Below, piece after piece: positions 20,701 through 29,063 of a stretch of 64,000 nt of DNA (position 1 is its first letter; each line of letters opens with the position of its first letter). The translations under genes and the position numbers were made by a program. Source of the DNA: an uncultured candidate division Zixibacteria bacterium. Its GTDB lineage: Bacteria; Zixibacteria; MSB-5A5; SM1-73. Below the pieces are notes generated by a model. It was given only the letters and a program-made list of their open reading frames with translations, was not told the DNA's origin and made no database searches. The stretch spans positions 7,537 through 71,536 of the forward strand of contig CAIVRH010000009.1 of NCBI GenBank assembly GCA_903908285.1, given 5' to 3'.

Positions 20701-21074
20701 ATCAAGGAGGAGGTTCCGGTAATAAGAATGCCAAAATCGCTGGCAATACAAATTCAAATAATCCACCTCTTCCCAAAGTTATTCCTAAGGAGTTTGCACT
20801 TTCGCAAAGCTATCCCAATCCATTTAATCCAACAGCTGTAATCGAATTCACGATTGGCAGCGACCACCCGTCCAGCCATATTACTCTAAAAATCTACAAC
20901 ATCGCAGGGCAGTTGGTTAAAACTTTGTTGGATGAAGAGAAGACTCCCGGCACCTTTACAGTAACCTGGGATGGGAAAAACAATTCGAGTGACGAAGTCG
21001 CTTCGGGAATATACTTCTATGAGTTGAAATCCAACAATCTCAGGGAATCTAAGAGGATGGTACTAATAAAGTAA
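17712..21074 (+). CDS. Large secreted protein: putative glycoside-hydrolase-like TIM-barrel region, GGGIYC beta-helix and T9SS/FlgD-like C-terminal domain
   Basis: Start reassigned to the ATG at 17712 (RBS GAGGAGG, signal peptide MKANWIYIILSF...). Motifs RWYLKDEP, SIDIYP, LWVTVQ and RPPTDKEVRLQTFLALCYGA, then Pmp-like GGGIYC repeats. C-terminus YPNPFNP...SGIYFYEL...KRMVLIK. Confidence 0.65.
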   Translation: MKANWIYIILSFLIGCSTFSICQGADRFYYGVYNGDPQTEFGCIKDSLRCNITVSNDVDSNNINYWVTHSLRAIVSNSSDGNSPFTWSDSSHYTLWEKERYPTSYYQLQYNGGTLVSDPNAHAGQAMKFSNITTPQTIQWGPSYYQEPTYESGRTIDYTVEFRLKLSRLFSPPDPPAEKSGNPPVPVCSLIVKNIITGSILKAKTINRSDFPPSDYQIFKIENYNVPDTNRIDFQIYMFGTPAVAKFYVDYVKTYNRPGERLMTGAFDQEIINYVSQGWVGSRLSNGDTVVYRWYLKDEPYSIDCFEPSRHIDSLLRRQSIERVGFQTFNQWGTDLEHEYFLRQNPKEYSIDIYPTRWYGPDSSGGRFQIGVDTLIMYLNHSKQAAINNGKDLWVTVQGHFYGDKVNSPIDCHYDAFHADTSIVPVSDTGWYCYHLNRPPTDKEVRLQTFLALCYGANSILTYMYDSWMSVNPSTGTLQLRLGLYNNMKGRPTDRWYEIKDFTGTRMEKLGPIINNLTWQGACSNQEVGSFILRSQPNYIDSIVGIRHPDSTYVQVGFFDHLDTSYFMLVNRKCLVGEDETLKVYFDMPNGPYLLRDMYTNQPSYTFYANCPSIISLKPGEGRLFRIETYPFSTHVKKVPQPYSIIQSAINDAQNNDTILVAPGTYEERINFNGKHITVASYYILMDEQQYKNYTRIDAHPGINPPDCASVVTFSSGEDSNSVLEGFMLKNGKGSISRFKSEDRYGGGIYCEGSSPTIRNNIIQGNQADAGRYSRGGGIYCTGCNPGPIISSNLIIGNNSIYGGGICCNTSSAKIVDNLIIENTASSFEKDTSLDDGGYGGGIECDNRSMTTIVNNTLDGNDAYIYGGGIDINGHSHVLLYNNIVSNTDRGDGIYVHTSTDTALISYNDFWNNFEDDIDGVVASGIGNTNWGNNRNGTPCDSFYNIFCDPDFVNYYHLDSSSACVNAGDNNAPDLPLFDYYGNPRIVDFVDIGASEYQGGGSGNKNAKIAGNTNSNNPPLPKVIPKEFALSQSYPNPFNPTAVIEFTIGSDHPSSHITLKIYNIAGQLVKTLLDEEKTPGTFTVTWDGKNNSSDEVASGIYFYELKSNNLRESKRMVLIK

Positions 21075-21112
21075 ACAGATTTTATGTTTTATCTAGGTTT
21101 GTCGAATATGTG

Positions 21113-21140
21113 TTGACATGCCCATGGTTTGTGTTAGATT
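21113..21140 (+). promoter_or_regulatory. Sigma-70-type promoter
   Basis: TTGACA-N16-TAGATT upstream of 21167. Confidence 0.5.
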
Positions 21141-21166
21141 ACCTCTGATTTTCAGGGGAGTTCAAC

Positions 21167-21526
21167 ATGTCCAGCACAATCTTAATGTTATTTGCCATAG
21201 TTTTGAATGTCTGCGGTCATCTCTTTCTTAAAGCGGGGATGAACAAGATCGGAGCGATATCGATCAACCAGCTGGTGGGGAATTTTACCGTAATTTTCAC
21301 CACCCCTTTCGTAATCCTCGGGCTTTTATCCTACGTTTCCAGCGTCGCTATGTACATGGTGGTTTTATCCAAAGTGAACGTTTCCTATGCCTATCCCCTG
21401 ATGATGGGTTTGGGTTATGTGCTGATAGTTCTTTTCTCCTGGCAGATTTTTGCCGAGCCGTTTTCATTTTTTAAGTGGATCGGGATTGTTTTGATATTAG
21501 CGGGTGTATTCCTGCTTGGAAAGTAA
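21167..21526 (+). CDS. SMR/EamA (ArnE/ArnF-like) small membrane transporter
   Basis: 119 aa with four hydrophobic helices, LLKAGMNKIG...LSKVNVSYAYPLM pattern; RBS AGGGGAG. Confidence 0.8.
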   Translation: MSSTILMLFAIVLNVCGHLFLKAGMNKIGAISINQLVGNFTVIFTTPFVILGLLSYVSSVAMYMVVLSKVNVSYAYPLMMGLGYVLIVLFSWQIFAEPFSFFKWIGIVLILAGVFLLGK

Positions 21527-21739
21527 GACTTCCTCGGAACAACATTCCCAGTCGCTTTTCTTAAATTTTCAAATTCGGGAATATTTCAAACAAAATTCAA
21601 TAAATCGCTTGCCAAAATACGTTTTTATATTAAATTCAGACTGCCCATTAAAATCCAAGGGGCAAATGCAGGTGTTAGGTTATAGGTTAAAGATCAATTA
21701 GAAGCAGTAATCATAAATTCGAAAAAAGGAGAATAATTT

Positions 21740-21934
21740 ATGCCGCGAAAATTAACCACATTCGCCGAGAAGGTGGCATCGGAAAAGCAGATCATGTATT
21801 GCCCCAAATGCGGCGGAGCCATGGAGCCATTGCTTTACATCGATTGCGAAGAAACCGGTAAAGGTTTTTGGAAATTCAAAGAGAGGCATGTAAAGGTTTG
21901 CAAATGCAATCATGACCAGTACTACAACAAGTAA
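21740..21934 (+). CDS. Small putative zinc-ribbon protein
   Basis: Strong RBS AAAGGAG, CPKC and CKC cysteine pairs, followed by its own terminator. Confidence 0.7.
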   Translation: MPRKLTTFAEKVASEKQIMYCPKCGGAMEPLLYIDCEETGKGFWKFKERHVKVCKCNHDQYYNK

Positions 21935-21978
21935 AACGACTCTTCAATCAAGCCTCTCGCTGAAAAGAACGAAATCAT

Positions 21979-22007
21979 ATCCCCCGCTACCAACGGGGGA
22001 TTTTTTT
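21979..22007 (+). terminator. Rho-independent terminator
   Basis: ATCCCCCG-CTACCAA-CGGGGGAT followed by a T run. Confidence 0.8.
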
Positions 22008-22204
22008 ATGCCTTAAAATCCTTTTCTTGCCATCGATTACCTATCTGGGAGACCACCCTGTCGTTATATGCGACTTTGTGAAAAAAATCACGAATTCTCT
22101 TGCTTTTAAAAAAAGTTTTCGTAAATTAATAAGATATTGTGGTTGGTTATACTTTCGGAATATAAATCTTCTTTATTTTTCTTACAATTCAGGAGCAGGT
22201 AGCT

Positions 22205-22408
22205 ATGCCAAAAATTGAAGTGGATGAAGGGAGATGCAAGGCTTGTGAGCTGTGTATCGTGGCATGTCCCCATAAGGTGATCGGGCTGGCAAAGCACTTT
22301 AGTCCTTCGGGATTCCATCCTGCCTGTATGGCTAATGCAGAAGCTTGCACCGGATGCATGCTCTGTGCCTTTGTCTGTCCCGATGTGGCTATTGAAGTGT
22401 ATAAATAG
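22205..22408 (+). CDS. 2[4Fe-4S] ferredoxin, delta subunit of 2-oxoacid:ferredoxin oxidoreductase
   Basis: CKACELCIVACP and CTGCMLCAFVCP motifs; first gene of the oxidoreductase operon. Confidence 0.9.
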   Translation: MPKIEVDEGRCKACELCIVACPHKVIGLAKHFSPSGFHPACMANAEACTGCMLCAFVCPDVAIEVYK

Positions 22409-22529
22409 TATAGTATTGAGTAACGAGTTTTGAGTACTGAGTTAAGATCTGAATCCAAAATCGCACCTTGGTGGACGAACTCAATTTTCGTTACGCATGT
22501 CGCAAAACTGATTTCAAGGAGTGAGTGAT

Positions 22530-23591
22530 ATGGGTGAAAAAAAATTGATGAAAGGTAATGAGGCATTAGCCGAAGGTGCGGTTCGGGCCGGATGCCGGTT
22601 TTTCTCCGGTTATCCGATTACTCCTCAGAACGAGGTGCCCGAATACATGTCTTGGAGAATGCCGGAGGTGGGAGGAACGTTCATTCAGGCAGAAAGCGAA
22701 GTAGCAGCAATAAACATGCTATATGGTGCTTCCGCTTGTGGGACCAGAGTCATGACCTCCTCTTCCGGACCGGGGATTAGCCTTAAACAGGAGGGAATAT
22801 CTTATACCGCCAGCGCCCAGCTTCCCATATTCTATGCCAATGTGGTGCGGGGAGGTCCGGGACTGGGCAACATCGCACCCTCCCAGGGGGATTATTTTCA
22901 GGCAACCCGGGGCGGGGGACACGGGGACTACCGGGTGTTCGTCATGGCGCCCAATTCGGTCAGCGAGATGGGAAATTTCCCCCGGATTTGTTATGAAGTT
23001 GCGGAGAAATATCGCATGGTCACCATGATATTGGCGGATGGACTCCTGGGACAAATGATGGAGCCGATCGAATTCGATTTTGAACCGATAGATCCCTCCA
23101 AACTACCTCCAAAGGATTATGCTTTAGGTATACAGGAAGGAAGATCTCGTCGGGTGGTTAGATCCTATGATTTAAAACCTGGTTTCATGGAGAAGCATAC
23201 CTGGAAGCTTATGGAGATATATAATCAGGTCGAAGAAAAAGAGACAAGATATGAAACCATCATGGCCGAGGATGCCGATTTACTGGTGGTAGCATATGGG
23301 ACTTGTTCTCGAATATCCAGGGCAGCACTGGCTTTGGGAAGAAAAGAGAATCTGAAGATCGGTTTACTCCGGCCCATTACCGTCTGGCCTTTTCCCTCAA
23401 AAATCCTGCACGATCTGGCATCGAGAATCAAAAAGATTTTGGTGGTGGAGATGAGCACCGGCCAGATGATCGAAGACGTAAAACTGGCAATAGAAGGAAG
23501 TGCCCAGGTCTTCTTTCACGGCCGACCTTCTGGCGGTATACCCACTGAATTTGAGGTGCTGGATGTGATCAAGAAAATCTATGGAAAATAA
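22530..23591 (+). CDS. vorB: 2-oxoacid:ferredoxin oxidoreductase alpha subunit (VorB-like, branched-chain 2-oxoacid type)
   Basis: MKGNEALAEGA...GYPITPQNE...QAESEVAA...TSSSGPGISLKQE. ATG at 22530 follows RBS AAGGAG. Confidence 0.85.
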   Translation: MGEKKLMKGNEALAEGAVRAGCRFFSGYPITPQNEVPEYMSWRMPEVGGTFIQAESEVAAINMLYGASACGTRVMTSSSGPGISLKQEGISYTASAQLPIFYANVVRGGPGLGNIAPSQGDYFQATRGGGHGDYRVFVMAPNSVSEMGNFPRICYEVAEKYRMVTMILADGLLGQMMEPIEFDFEPIDPSKLPPKDYALGIQEGRSRRVVRSYDLKPGFMEKHTWKLMEIYNQVEEKETRYETIMAEDADLLVVAYGTCSRISRAALALGRKENLKIGLLRPITVWPFPSKILHDLASRIKKILVVEMSTGQMIEDVKLAIEGSAQVFFHGRPSGGIPTEFEVLDVIKKIYGK

Positions 23592-23640
23592 CTTATAAAG
23601 GTAAGGAATCGTAAACTCAACCCTTTAAATAGACAAAATT

Positions 23641-24390
23641 ATGGAAAAGAAAGTTTTTGCAAGAACCAAGGGATTGACCGAAACGCCTATGCGCTATTGT
23701 CCGGGATGCGGACACGGGGTAATCCACCGGTTAGTTGGGGAGACTTTGGAGGAGTTGGATATCAGGGAAAGAACCATCGGGATTGCTCCGGTAGGTTGTT
23801 CCGTTTTCGCTGACGAGTATTTCAACTGCGATATGATCCAACCCGCGCACGGAAGAGGACCGGCAGTCGCCACCGGTATGAAAAGAGTGAGACCCGATTG
23901 CATAATCTTCAGCTACCAGGGAGATGGGGATTTAGCCTCCATCGGTATGGCTGAGACCATTCATTCCGCAGCTCGGGGTGAGAACATAACCATCATCTTT
24001 GTTAACAATGCCATTTATGGAATGACCGGTGGACAGATGGCGCCTACTACTTTACCCGGCATGCGATCCACCACCTCACCTTTTGGAAGAGACCCCAAGG
24101 TGGCGGGAAATCCCATACGGGTATGCGAGCTTTTATCGTCCCTTAAAGGTCCCGTTTACTTAGAACGGGTGGCGGTCAATACCCCGGGCAATGTGGTAAA
24201 AGCTAAAAAAGCCATAAAGAAGGCTTTTCAGGTCCAAGTGGACGGTTTGGGTTTCTCTTTGGTGGAGATAATATCCCAGTGTCCTACGGACTGGGCAATG
24301 ACACCGCTTCAGTCGATCGGGCGGGTAAAAGATGAGATGATCCCCTATTATCCTTTGGGAGTGTTCAAATCACTCGAAGAAAAGAAATAA
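23641..24390 (+). CDS. 2-oxoacid:ferredoxin oxidoreductase beta subunit (TPP-binding)
   Basis: YCPGCGHG, HGRGPAVATG and the TPP motif GDGDLASIG...NN.IYGMTGGQ. Confidence 0.9.
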   Translation: MEKKVFARTKGLTETPMRYCPGCGHGVIHRLVGETLEELDIRERTIGIAPVGCSVFADEYFNCDMIQPAHGRGPAVATGMKRVRPDCIIFSYQGDGDLASIGMAETIHSAARGENITIIFVNNAIYGMTGGQMAPTTLPGMRSTTSPFGRDPKVAGNPIRVCELLSSLKGPVYLERVAVNTPGNVVKAKKAIKKAFQVQVDGLGFSLVEIISQCPTDWAMTPLQSIGRVKDEMIPYYPLGVFKSLEEKK

Positions 24391-24507
24391 ATTCCCCAAG
24401 AGAATAGGGTCACATGAACCAGATAATATTTAAGCGCCGGACTGTCGGCTGATCTTAAGTTCGGACGAAGGACCAGAACCGGCGGACGATTTAAATATGG
24501 AGGCAGC

Positions 24508-25038
24508 ATGTATCAAGGTGTGATAATGTCGGGATTTGGAGGACAGGGAATAATTTCAACCGGTGTCCTTTTGGCATATTCCGGTATGGTGGATGGCAAG
24601 CATGTCACTTTCTTCCCGGCTTACGGGGCGGAGATGCGCGGAGGAACGGCCAATTGCTCGGTAGTGGTGTCAACCGACGAGGTAGCTTCGCCGGTGGTTT
24701 CTACGCCCGATTCCATCATCGTGATGAACGAGCCTTCTCTGCTCAAATTCGAGCCAACTTTGAAGCCGCAGGGATTGCTTCTTATAAACAGCTCATTGGT
24801 TTCCAGCAAACCCAAAAGAAACGATATAAATATAATAACCATTGATGCCAACAAGATTGCAGAAGAGATCGGAACGGTCAAATGCGCCAATATGGTGATG
24901 CTGGGAGCTCTGATCAATCGTACCAAAGCGGTCTCATTGGAAAGTGTGGTCAAAACCTTGTCGAAGGTATATCCCCGAGCTAAAAAAGAGATGCTTGAGA
25001 TAAATGAAAATGCTTTAAAAAGGGGCGGAACCTTTTAG
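24508..25038 (+). CDS. 2-oxoacid:ferredoxin oxidoreductase gamma subunit
   Basis: GFGGQG, YGAEMRGGTANC and ANMVMLGA motifs. Confidence 0.9.
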   Translation: MYQGVIMSGFGGQGIISTGVLLAYSGMVDGKHVTFFPAYGAEMRGGTANCSVVVSTDEVASPVVSTPDSIIVMNEPSLLKFEPTLKPQGLLLINSSLVSSKPKRNDINIITIDANKIAEEIGTVKCANMVMLGALINRTKAVSLESVVKTLSKVYPRAKKEMLEINENALKRGGTF

Positions 25039-25085
25039 AAATTCCTCTTTTATCTATAAAAAGATTAACTCTTTGAATAATAATT

Positions 25086-25116
25086 GGGCGTTTGCATTTT
25101 GACGAAACGCCCTTTT
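25086..25116 (+). terminator. Rho-independent terminator
   Basis: GGGCGTTT...AAACGCCC-TTTT after the oxidoreductase operon. Confidence 0.65.
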
Positions 25117-25209
25117 GATTTTCCCCATATGCTCTCCGTTGTCCTCGTACTCTGATCCCGAAAAGTAAGCTTTGAATCGAGTTATTACCTACTAACTTAA
25201 AACGGTGTC

Positions 25210-25237
25210 TTGACATTAGGGTAATTTCAATTATAAT
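25210..25237 (+). promoter_or_regulatory. Sigma-70-type promoter
   Basis: Perfect TTGACA and TATAAT hexamers with a 16-nt spacer. Confidence 0.7.
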
Positions 25238-25275
25238 AAACCCCTTGGAATTTATCTGAGAGGCAGAGGTTTAAT

Positions 25276-26877
25276 TTGAAAATTTTCAAGAGAAAACTCA
25301 TTTTTGTTCTTCTTTATGCTGCATTGGCATTTGGGTTGATCTACACCATGACCGCAGGAGGATTGGGCATAAGCGCCGATTCCGAAAGTTATCTGGTCGC
25401 AGCCAACCGTTTCACTCAACACCGGTGGGGGGAGTCCGTTAATCCCTATTGGCCGCCGCTTTATCCTCTCAACATCGCAGCCATTAAGGCAATGGGGCTG
25501 TCCGGACTGCTGGGAGCTGCCAGAATCGTCTCAGTTTTTTCTTTTATAATTTCGATTGTAACCGTTTATCTATTAGGTTTACAACTCGGAGGAAAGCGCA
25601 CCGCTCACCTCAGTGCGATCTCCTGTTTGGTGCTAAGCTCGATGGTTTATCTGTATTGCTTCTGTTGGTCGGAAACCCTCTACATTATGCTTTCTCTTTT
25701 ATTTCTATTTACTTTGACTCTCTTTTTAAAAAATACGGGAGAAAACGTTACCAAATACCTGATTTTAAGCGGGATCTTTTCCGGTTTGGGAACTATTACC
25801 CGATTCATCGGTTTTTCTCTGATCGGCGCAGGTATCGTAAGCATAATATTCTTAAGCCACTATCACCCCCCTGCCAAAAAAATAAAGAAAACTTTAGTTT
25901 TCGTTGGGACCGCCGTCATACCTGTTTTTCTATATTACCTGATCTGTTTTCATTACTACGGATTAACCGGCAAAAAGCAGTTTCCCTCTTCATTTACCTT
26001 TATCCACCAGTTGATTCAGCTCCCAGTTACCGTCTATCACGATTGGTTGACTTTTGATTTGAAGTTTTGGAATTATGTCTTCTTTTTTAAAATGGGACAT
26101 TACTTTTTCTGGTTGGGAATATCAGTCTTATTGTTTCTGGTTTGGTTTATGATTTTGTTCTTCAGAGATGCTTTTCGGTTAAAGCACTCAAGCGAGTTTG
26201 AACTCAAATCCAAGACCGGTGTATTTATATATGTGGTTTTCTATATTGCTTTCATCCTTATCGTGAGCTCAACCATAGATATTGATCCCATCGGTTCCCG
26301 ATTTATCGTTCCCGTATATCCATTCTTTCTGCTTTTGGTTTTTTCGATGGTCCCACCAGTTTCCAAAATATCGGTCCATGGGAAACCGAAGTCTTGTTTT
26401 CTGGGTATGGCCATTCTATGCTTGGCGGTATTCTGGAGTATTCAGCTGTTGTCGATTATAAGTATCCACCAGGGGATAAACACCGGCTCTTTTCTGGCTA
26501 TGGAACATCCAGGAAATTTAAATAGGGGAAGCATGGAGTATCTGAAACAAAACCTGGATTCCAACGATTATATCCTATCCAATGTTTATCGCAAACTGAC
26601 ATTCATTTGGCCCCGGCAGGAACCTTATTTCCAAACGAATGAAGAAACATGGGAAGAATCCCTAAATTCTTTAGTCTACGAAGCTTCCCAACGCACAGTA
26701 TATGTTCTAATCTGCACCGGGGATTATACCCCCCAGGGGATAACGGTTGCAGATGTGGATCAGGCAGACAATAGGATCGGTTTATTTGCCTGGAAAAAGA
26801 TTTTCGGAAATGACTACCTGTATAAAACCAAGCATATGGCATGGCAGCCGCCCCCGGAATCGCAAGAAATAAAATGA
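25276..26877 (+). CDS. GT-C fold membrane glycosyltransferase (GT39/ArnT/PMT-like)
   Basis: Multiple TM helices; first-loop ADSESY motif, YWPPLYP, WSETLY and RFIG...G patterns. Confidence 0.7.
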   Translation: MKIFKRKLIFVLLYAALAFGLIYTMTAGGLGISADSESYLVAANRFTQHRWGESVNPYWPPLYPLNIAAIKAMGLSGLLGAARIVSVFSFIISIVTVYLLGLQLGGKRTAHLSAISCLVLSSMVYLYCFCWSETLYIMLSLLFLFTLTLFLKNTGENVTKYLILSGIFSGLGTITRFIGFSLIGAGIVSIIFLSHYHPPAKKIKKTLVFVGTAVIPVFLYYLICFHYYGLTGKKQFPSSFTFIHQLIQLPVTVYHDWLTFDLKFWNYVFFFKMGHYFFWLGISVLLFLVWFMILFFRDAFRLKHSSEFELKSKTGVFIYVVFYIAFILIVSSTIDIDPIGSRFIVPVYPFFLLLVFSMVPPVSKISVHGKPKSCFLGMAILCLAVFWSIQLLSIISIHQGINTGSFLAMEHPGNLNRGSMEYLKQNLDSNDYILSNVYRKLTFIWPRQEPYFQTNEETWEESLNSLVYEASQRTVYVLICTGDYTPQGITVADVDQADNRIGLFAWKKIFGNDYLYKTKHMAWQPPPESQEIK

Positions 26878-26966
26878 ACCCAGCTAGCGAATTTCCACCC
26901 CGGAATCTAGAAAATCAAATTCCCCAGATCAAGTTACGATTGAAGGTGGAGTTGAAAATAATAAAA

Positions 26967-27049
26967 TGCCGAAGGTGGGATTTGAACCCACATGCCCGAT
27001 GGGCACTGCGCCCTGAACACAGCGTGTCTGCCAGTTCCACCACTTCGGC
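26967..27049 (-). tRNA. tRNA-Leu(CAG)
   Basis: GCCGAAG...CTTCGGC-A acceptor stem, anticodon arm CTGTG-TTCAGGG-CGCAG, long variable arm, GGTTCAAATCC T-loop. CCA is not encoded. Confidence 0.95.
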
Positions 27050-27143
27050 TCAAGCAATAATATACGCTTCTGGTTATTTGTCGGCAAGCAATATTTTAAA
27101 TTTCTCTTGCAGGATGCACTCACCCTTAATATATTCGAAAAGT

Positions 27144-27614
27144 ATGCAGAAAGATAAGGAACAAATTCGGATAGTCGCTACCAACCGAAAAGCGCACCAT
27201 CTTTACCATATTGTAGAAACTTACGAAGCCGGTATGGCGCTGGTTGGAACAGAAGTCAAATCCTTGAGAGAGGGTAAAGCCAATCTTAAGGATAGTTATG
27301 CTATCGTGGATAAAGGCGAGCTGGTTCTCTACCAGATGCATATCAGTCCTTATGATGCAGCTAACCGGTTCAACCACGACCCGACCCGCAAAAGAAAGCT
27401 GCTGATGCATGGAGCGGAAATTAAAAGGCTGTTGGGTAAAACTGTGGAAAAAGGATTTACTCTGGTTCCTTTAAAAGTATACTTTAAGGGAAAAGTCGCT
27501 AAGGTGGAGCTGGCACTGGCAATCGGGAAAAAACTGTTTGACAGAAGAGAGGATATCAAAGACCGGGAAGTTCAAAGAGAGATGCGTCGGGCACTCAAGG
27601 AGCGCCAACATTAG
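27144..27614 (+). CDS. smpB: SsrA-binding protein
   Basis: NRKA.H.Y.I.ETYEAG..L.GTEVKSLR, RKRKLLMH and LVPLKVYFK. The real start is the ATG at 27144; the track ORF from 26841 is an upstream extension across the tRNA. Confidence 0.95.
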   Translation: MQKDKEQIRIVATNRKAHHLYHIVETYEAGMALVGTEVKSLREGKANLKDSYAIVDKGELVLYQMHISPYDAANRFNHDPTRKRKLLMHGAEIKRLLGKTVEKGFTLVPLKVYFKGKVAKVELALAIGKKLFDRREDIKDREVQREMRRALKERQH

Positions 27615-27764
27615 TAGAGAGGAGATGTTTCTTTTTTTAGCGGAATTGAAGCAACGGTCGGTCAAATCCGGTATAATATCAGACAGAATTTTCATCTTCG
27701 CTACAGCAAGATTTGTTGCTCCCCAACTTCTGTTTTAAACTCTACGTATACCCCCTTATCTTGG

Positions 27765-28967
27765 GTGAATGAGATACCCCAAACCGTGCGATACATCATG
27801 AAATGCCATTTTCTTTTGCCAAGAATCATAATTCCTTTCGGGTATGGTCTGTGTATATATATTATATCGACTTCCTTTGCTTATGCACTGGATGAATTCA
27901 ATATTTTAAATCTGGCAGCTTCCGAAAAGGTTAACGGCGTTCTGCTTGAAATTCTTGTGACCCAACCCCTTCAATACGATATAGTTGCCGATCAGAATCA
28001 AACGGTAAACATCAACTTTTTTGAAGGGAAATTAGATACTGCCTTTTTCAATGCCCAGAAGGTTCCCGATTTAATGACTTGGATCAAGGCTTATCAATTT
28101 AAAAATTCTGCCCAGCTTTCCTTTAGGATCAGAAGACCTTTTGTCAGTTTTACTCATCTCTTAATAGACCATCCCCCCCGAATTCAGGTATCCTTACTTC
28201 AAGAAATCATGCCCGGGGATTCAGTTGAATCCGCTTCAGTCGATTCGTTGCCGGATAAAAAAGGGATGATGAATGATCCGATTGATCTGATTGTCATCGA
28301 TCCGGGTCATGGCGGCGAAGATTCCGGAGCAGTGGGTAAAAACGGATTATTGGAAAAGGAAATCACTCTGGATATTGCTAATAGGTTAAGCCAGCTGTTG
28401 AAAAAGGACAGGGAATTCGAAGTTATTCTGACCCGGGATAAAGACGTGCTGATTCCCTTAGAGGAGAGGGCAGAAATCGCCAATCAGAAACAGGCGGATA
28501 TTTTCATCAGTATCCATGCCAATTCTTCCAAGAAAAGGAGCGCCCGGGGCTGTGAAACCTATTTTCTGTCGGCTGCCAAAAACGATGAAGCCCGGGCAGC
28601 AGCAGCACTGGAAAACTCGTCGATAAGATTTGAGCGAGTGGAGAATCAGAGCTGGAATCCGGAAGATCTTGAGTTTATGCTTATGGATCTGGTACAGAGT
28701 GAATTTCTACTGGAATCCTCCGACTTGGCTGGTATGATTCAGAACAGACTGAAGAATGAACTATCTGTTCCCGGTCGGGGGATAAACCAGGCAGGGTTCG
28801 TGGTGTTGAGTAAAGCATATATGCCGGCGGTTTTGGTCGAGACCGCCTTTATCTCCAATCAAAAAGAGGAAGCTTTGTTAATGCAAAGCTCTTTTCTACA
28901 AAAAACCGCTTTAGCAATATTCGGCAGCATAAAGGAATTCAAAACGAAATATGAATCGAACAAGTAA
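27765..28967 (+). CDS. N-acetylmuramoyl-L-alanine amidase (Amidase_3, AmiC-like)
   Basis: IDPGHGGED, EKEITL, SIHANS and LVETAFISN zinc/catalytic motifs. Start uncertain. Confidence 0.9.
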   Translation: MNEIPQTVRYIMKCHFLLPRIIIPFGYGLCIYIISTSFAYALDEFNILNLAASEKVNGVLLEILVTQPLQYDIVADQNQTVNINFFEGKLDTAFFNAQKVPDLMTWIKAYQFKNSAQLSFRIRRPFVSFTHLLIDHPPRIQVSLLQEIMPGDSVESASVDSLPDKKGMMNDPIDLIVIDPGHGGEDSGAVGKNGLLEKEITLDIANRLSQLLKKDREFEVILTRDKDVLIPLEERAEIANQKQADIFISIHANSSKKRSARGCETYFLSAAKNDEARAAAALENSSIRFERVENQSWNPEDLEFMLMDLVQSEFLLESSDLAGMIQNRLKNELSVPGRGINQAGFVVLSKAYMPAVLVETAFISNQKEEALLMQSSFLQKTALAIFGSIKEFKTKYESNK

Positions 28968-29063
28968 TAATCAACCATTTGACCCTATTAAAACCGGGAA
29001 ACCCCAATCCCTTTCCTCTATTACACAATGTGGAGAGAGGGCTAAGAAGGGGAGGTTATAATC

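Noticed and set aside
26841-27143. N-terminal extension of the smpB ORF
   Set aside because: It reads through the antisense tRNA-Leu; SmpB homology begins at 27144.
26878-27764. tmRNA next to smpB
   Set aside because: Only a tRNA-Leu is present; no ssrA-like ends or tag frame are recognisable.
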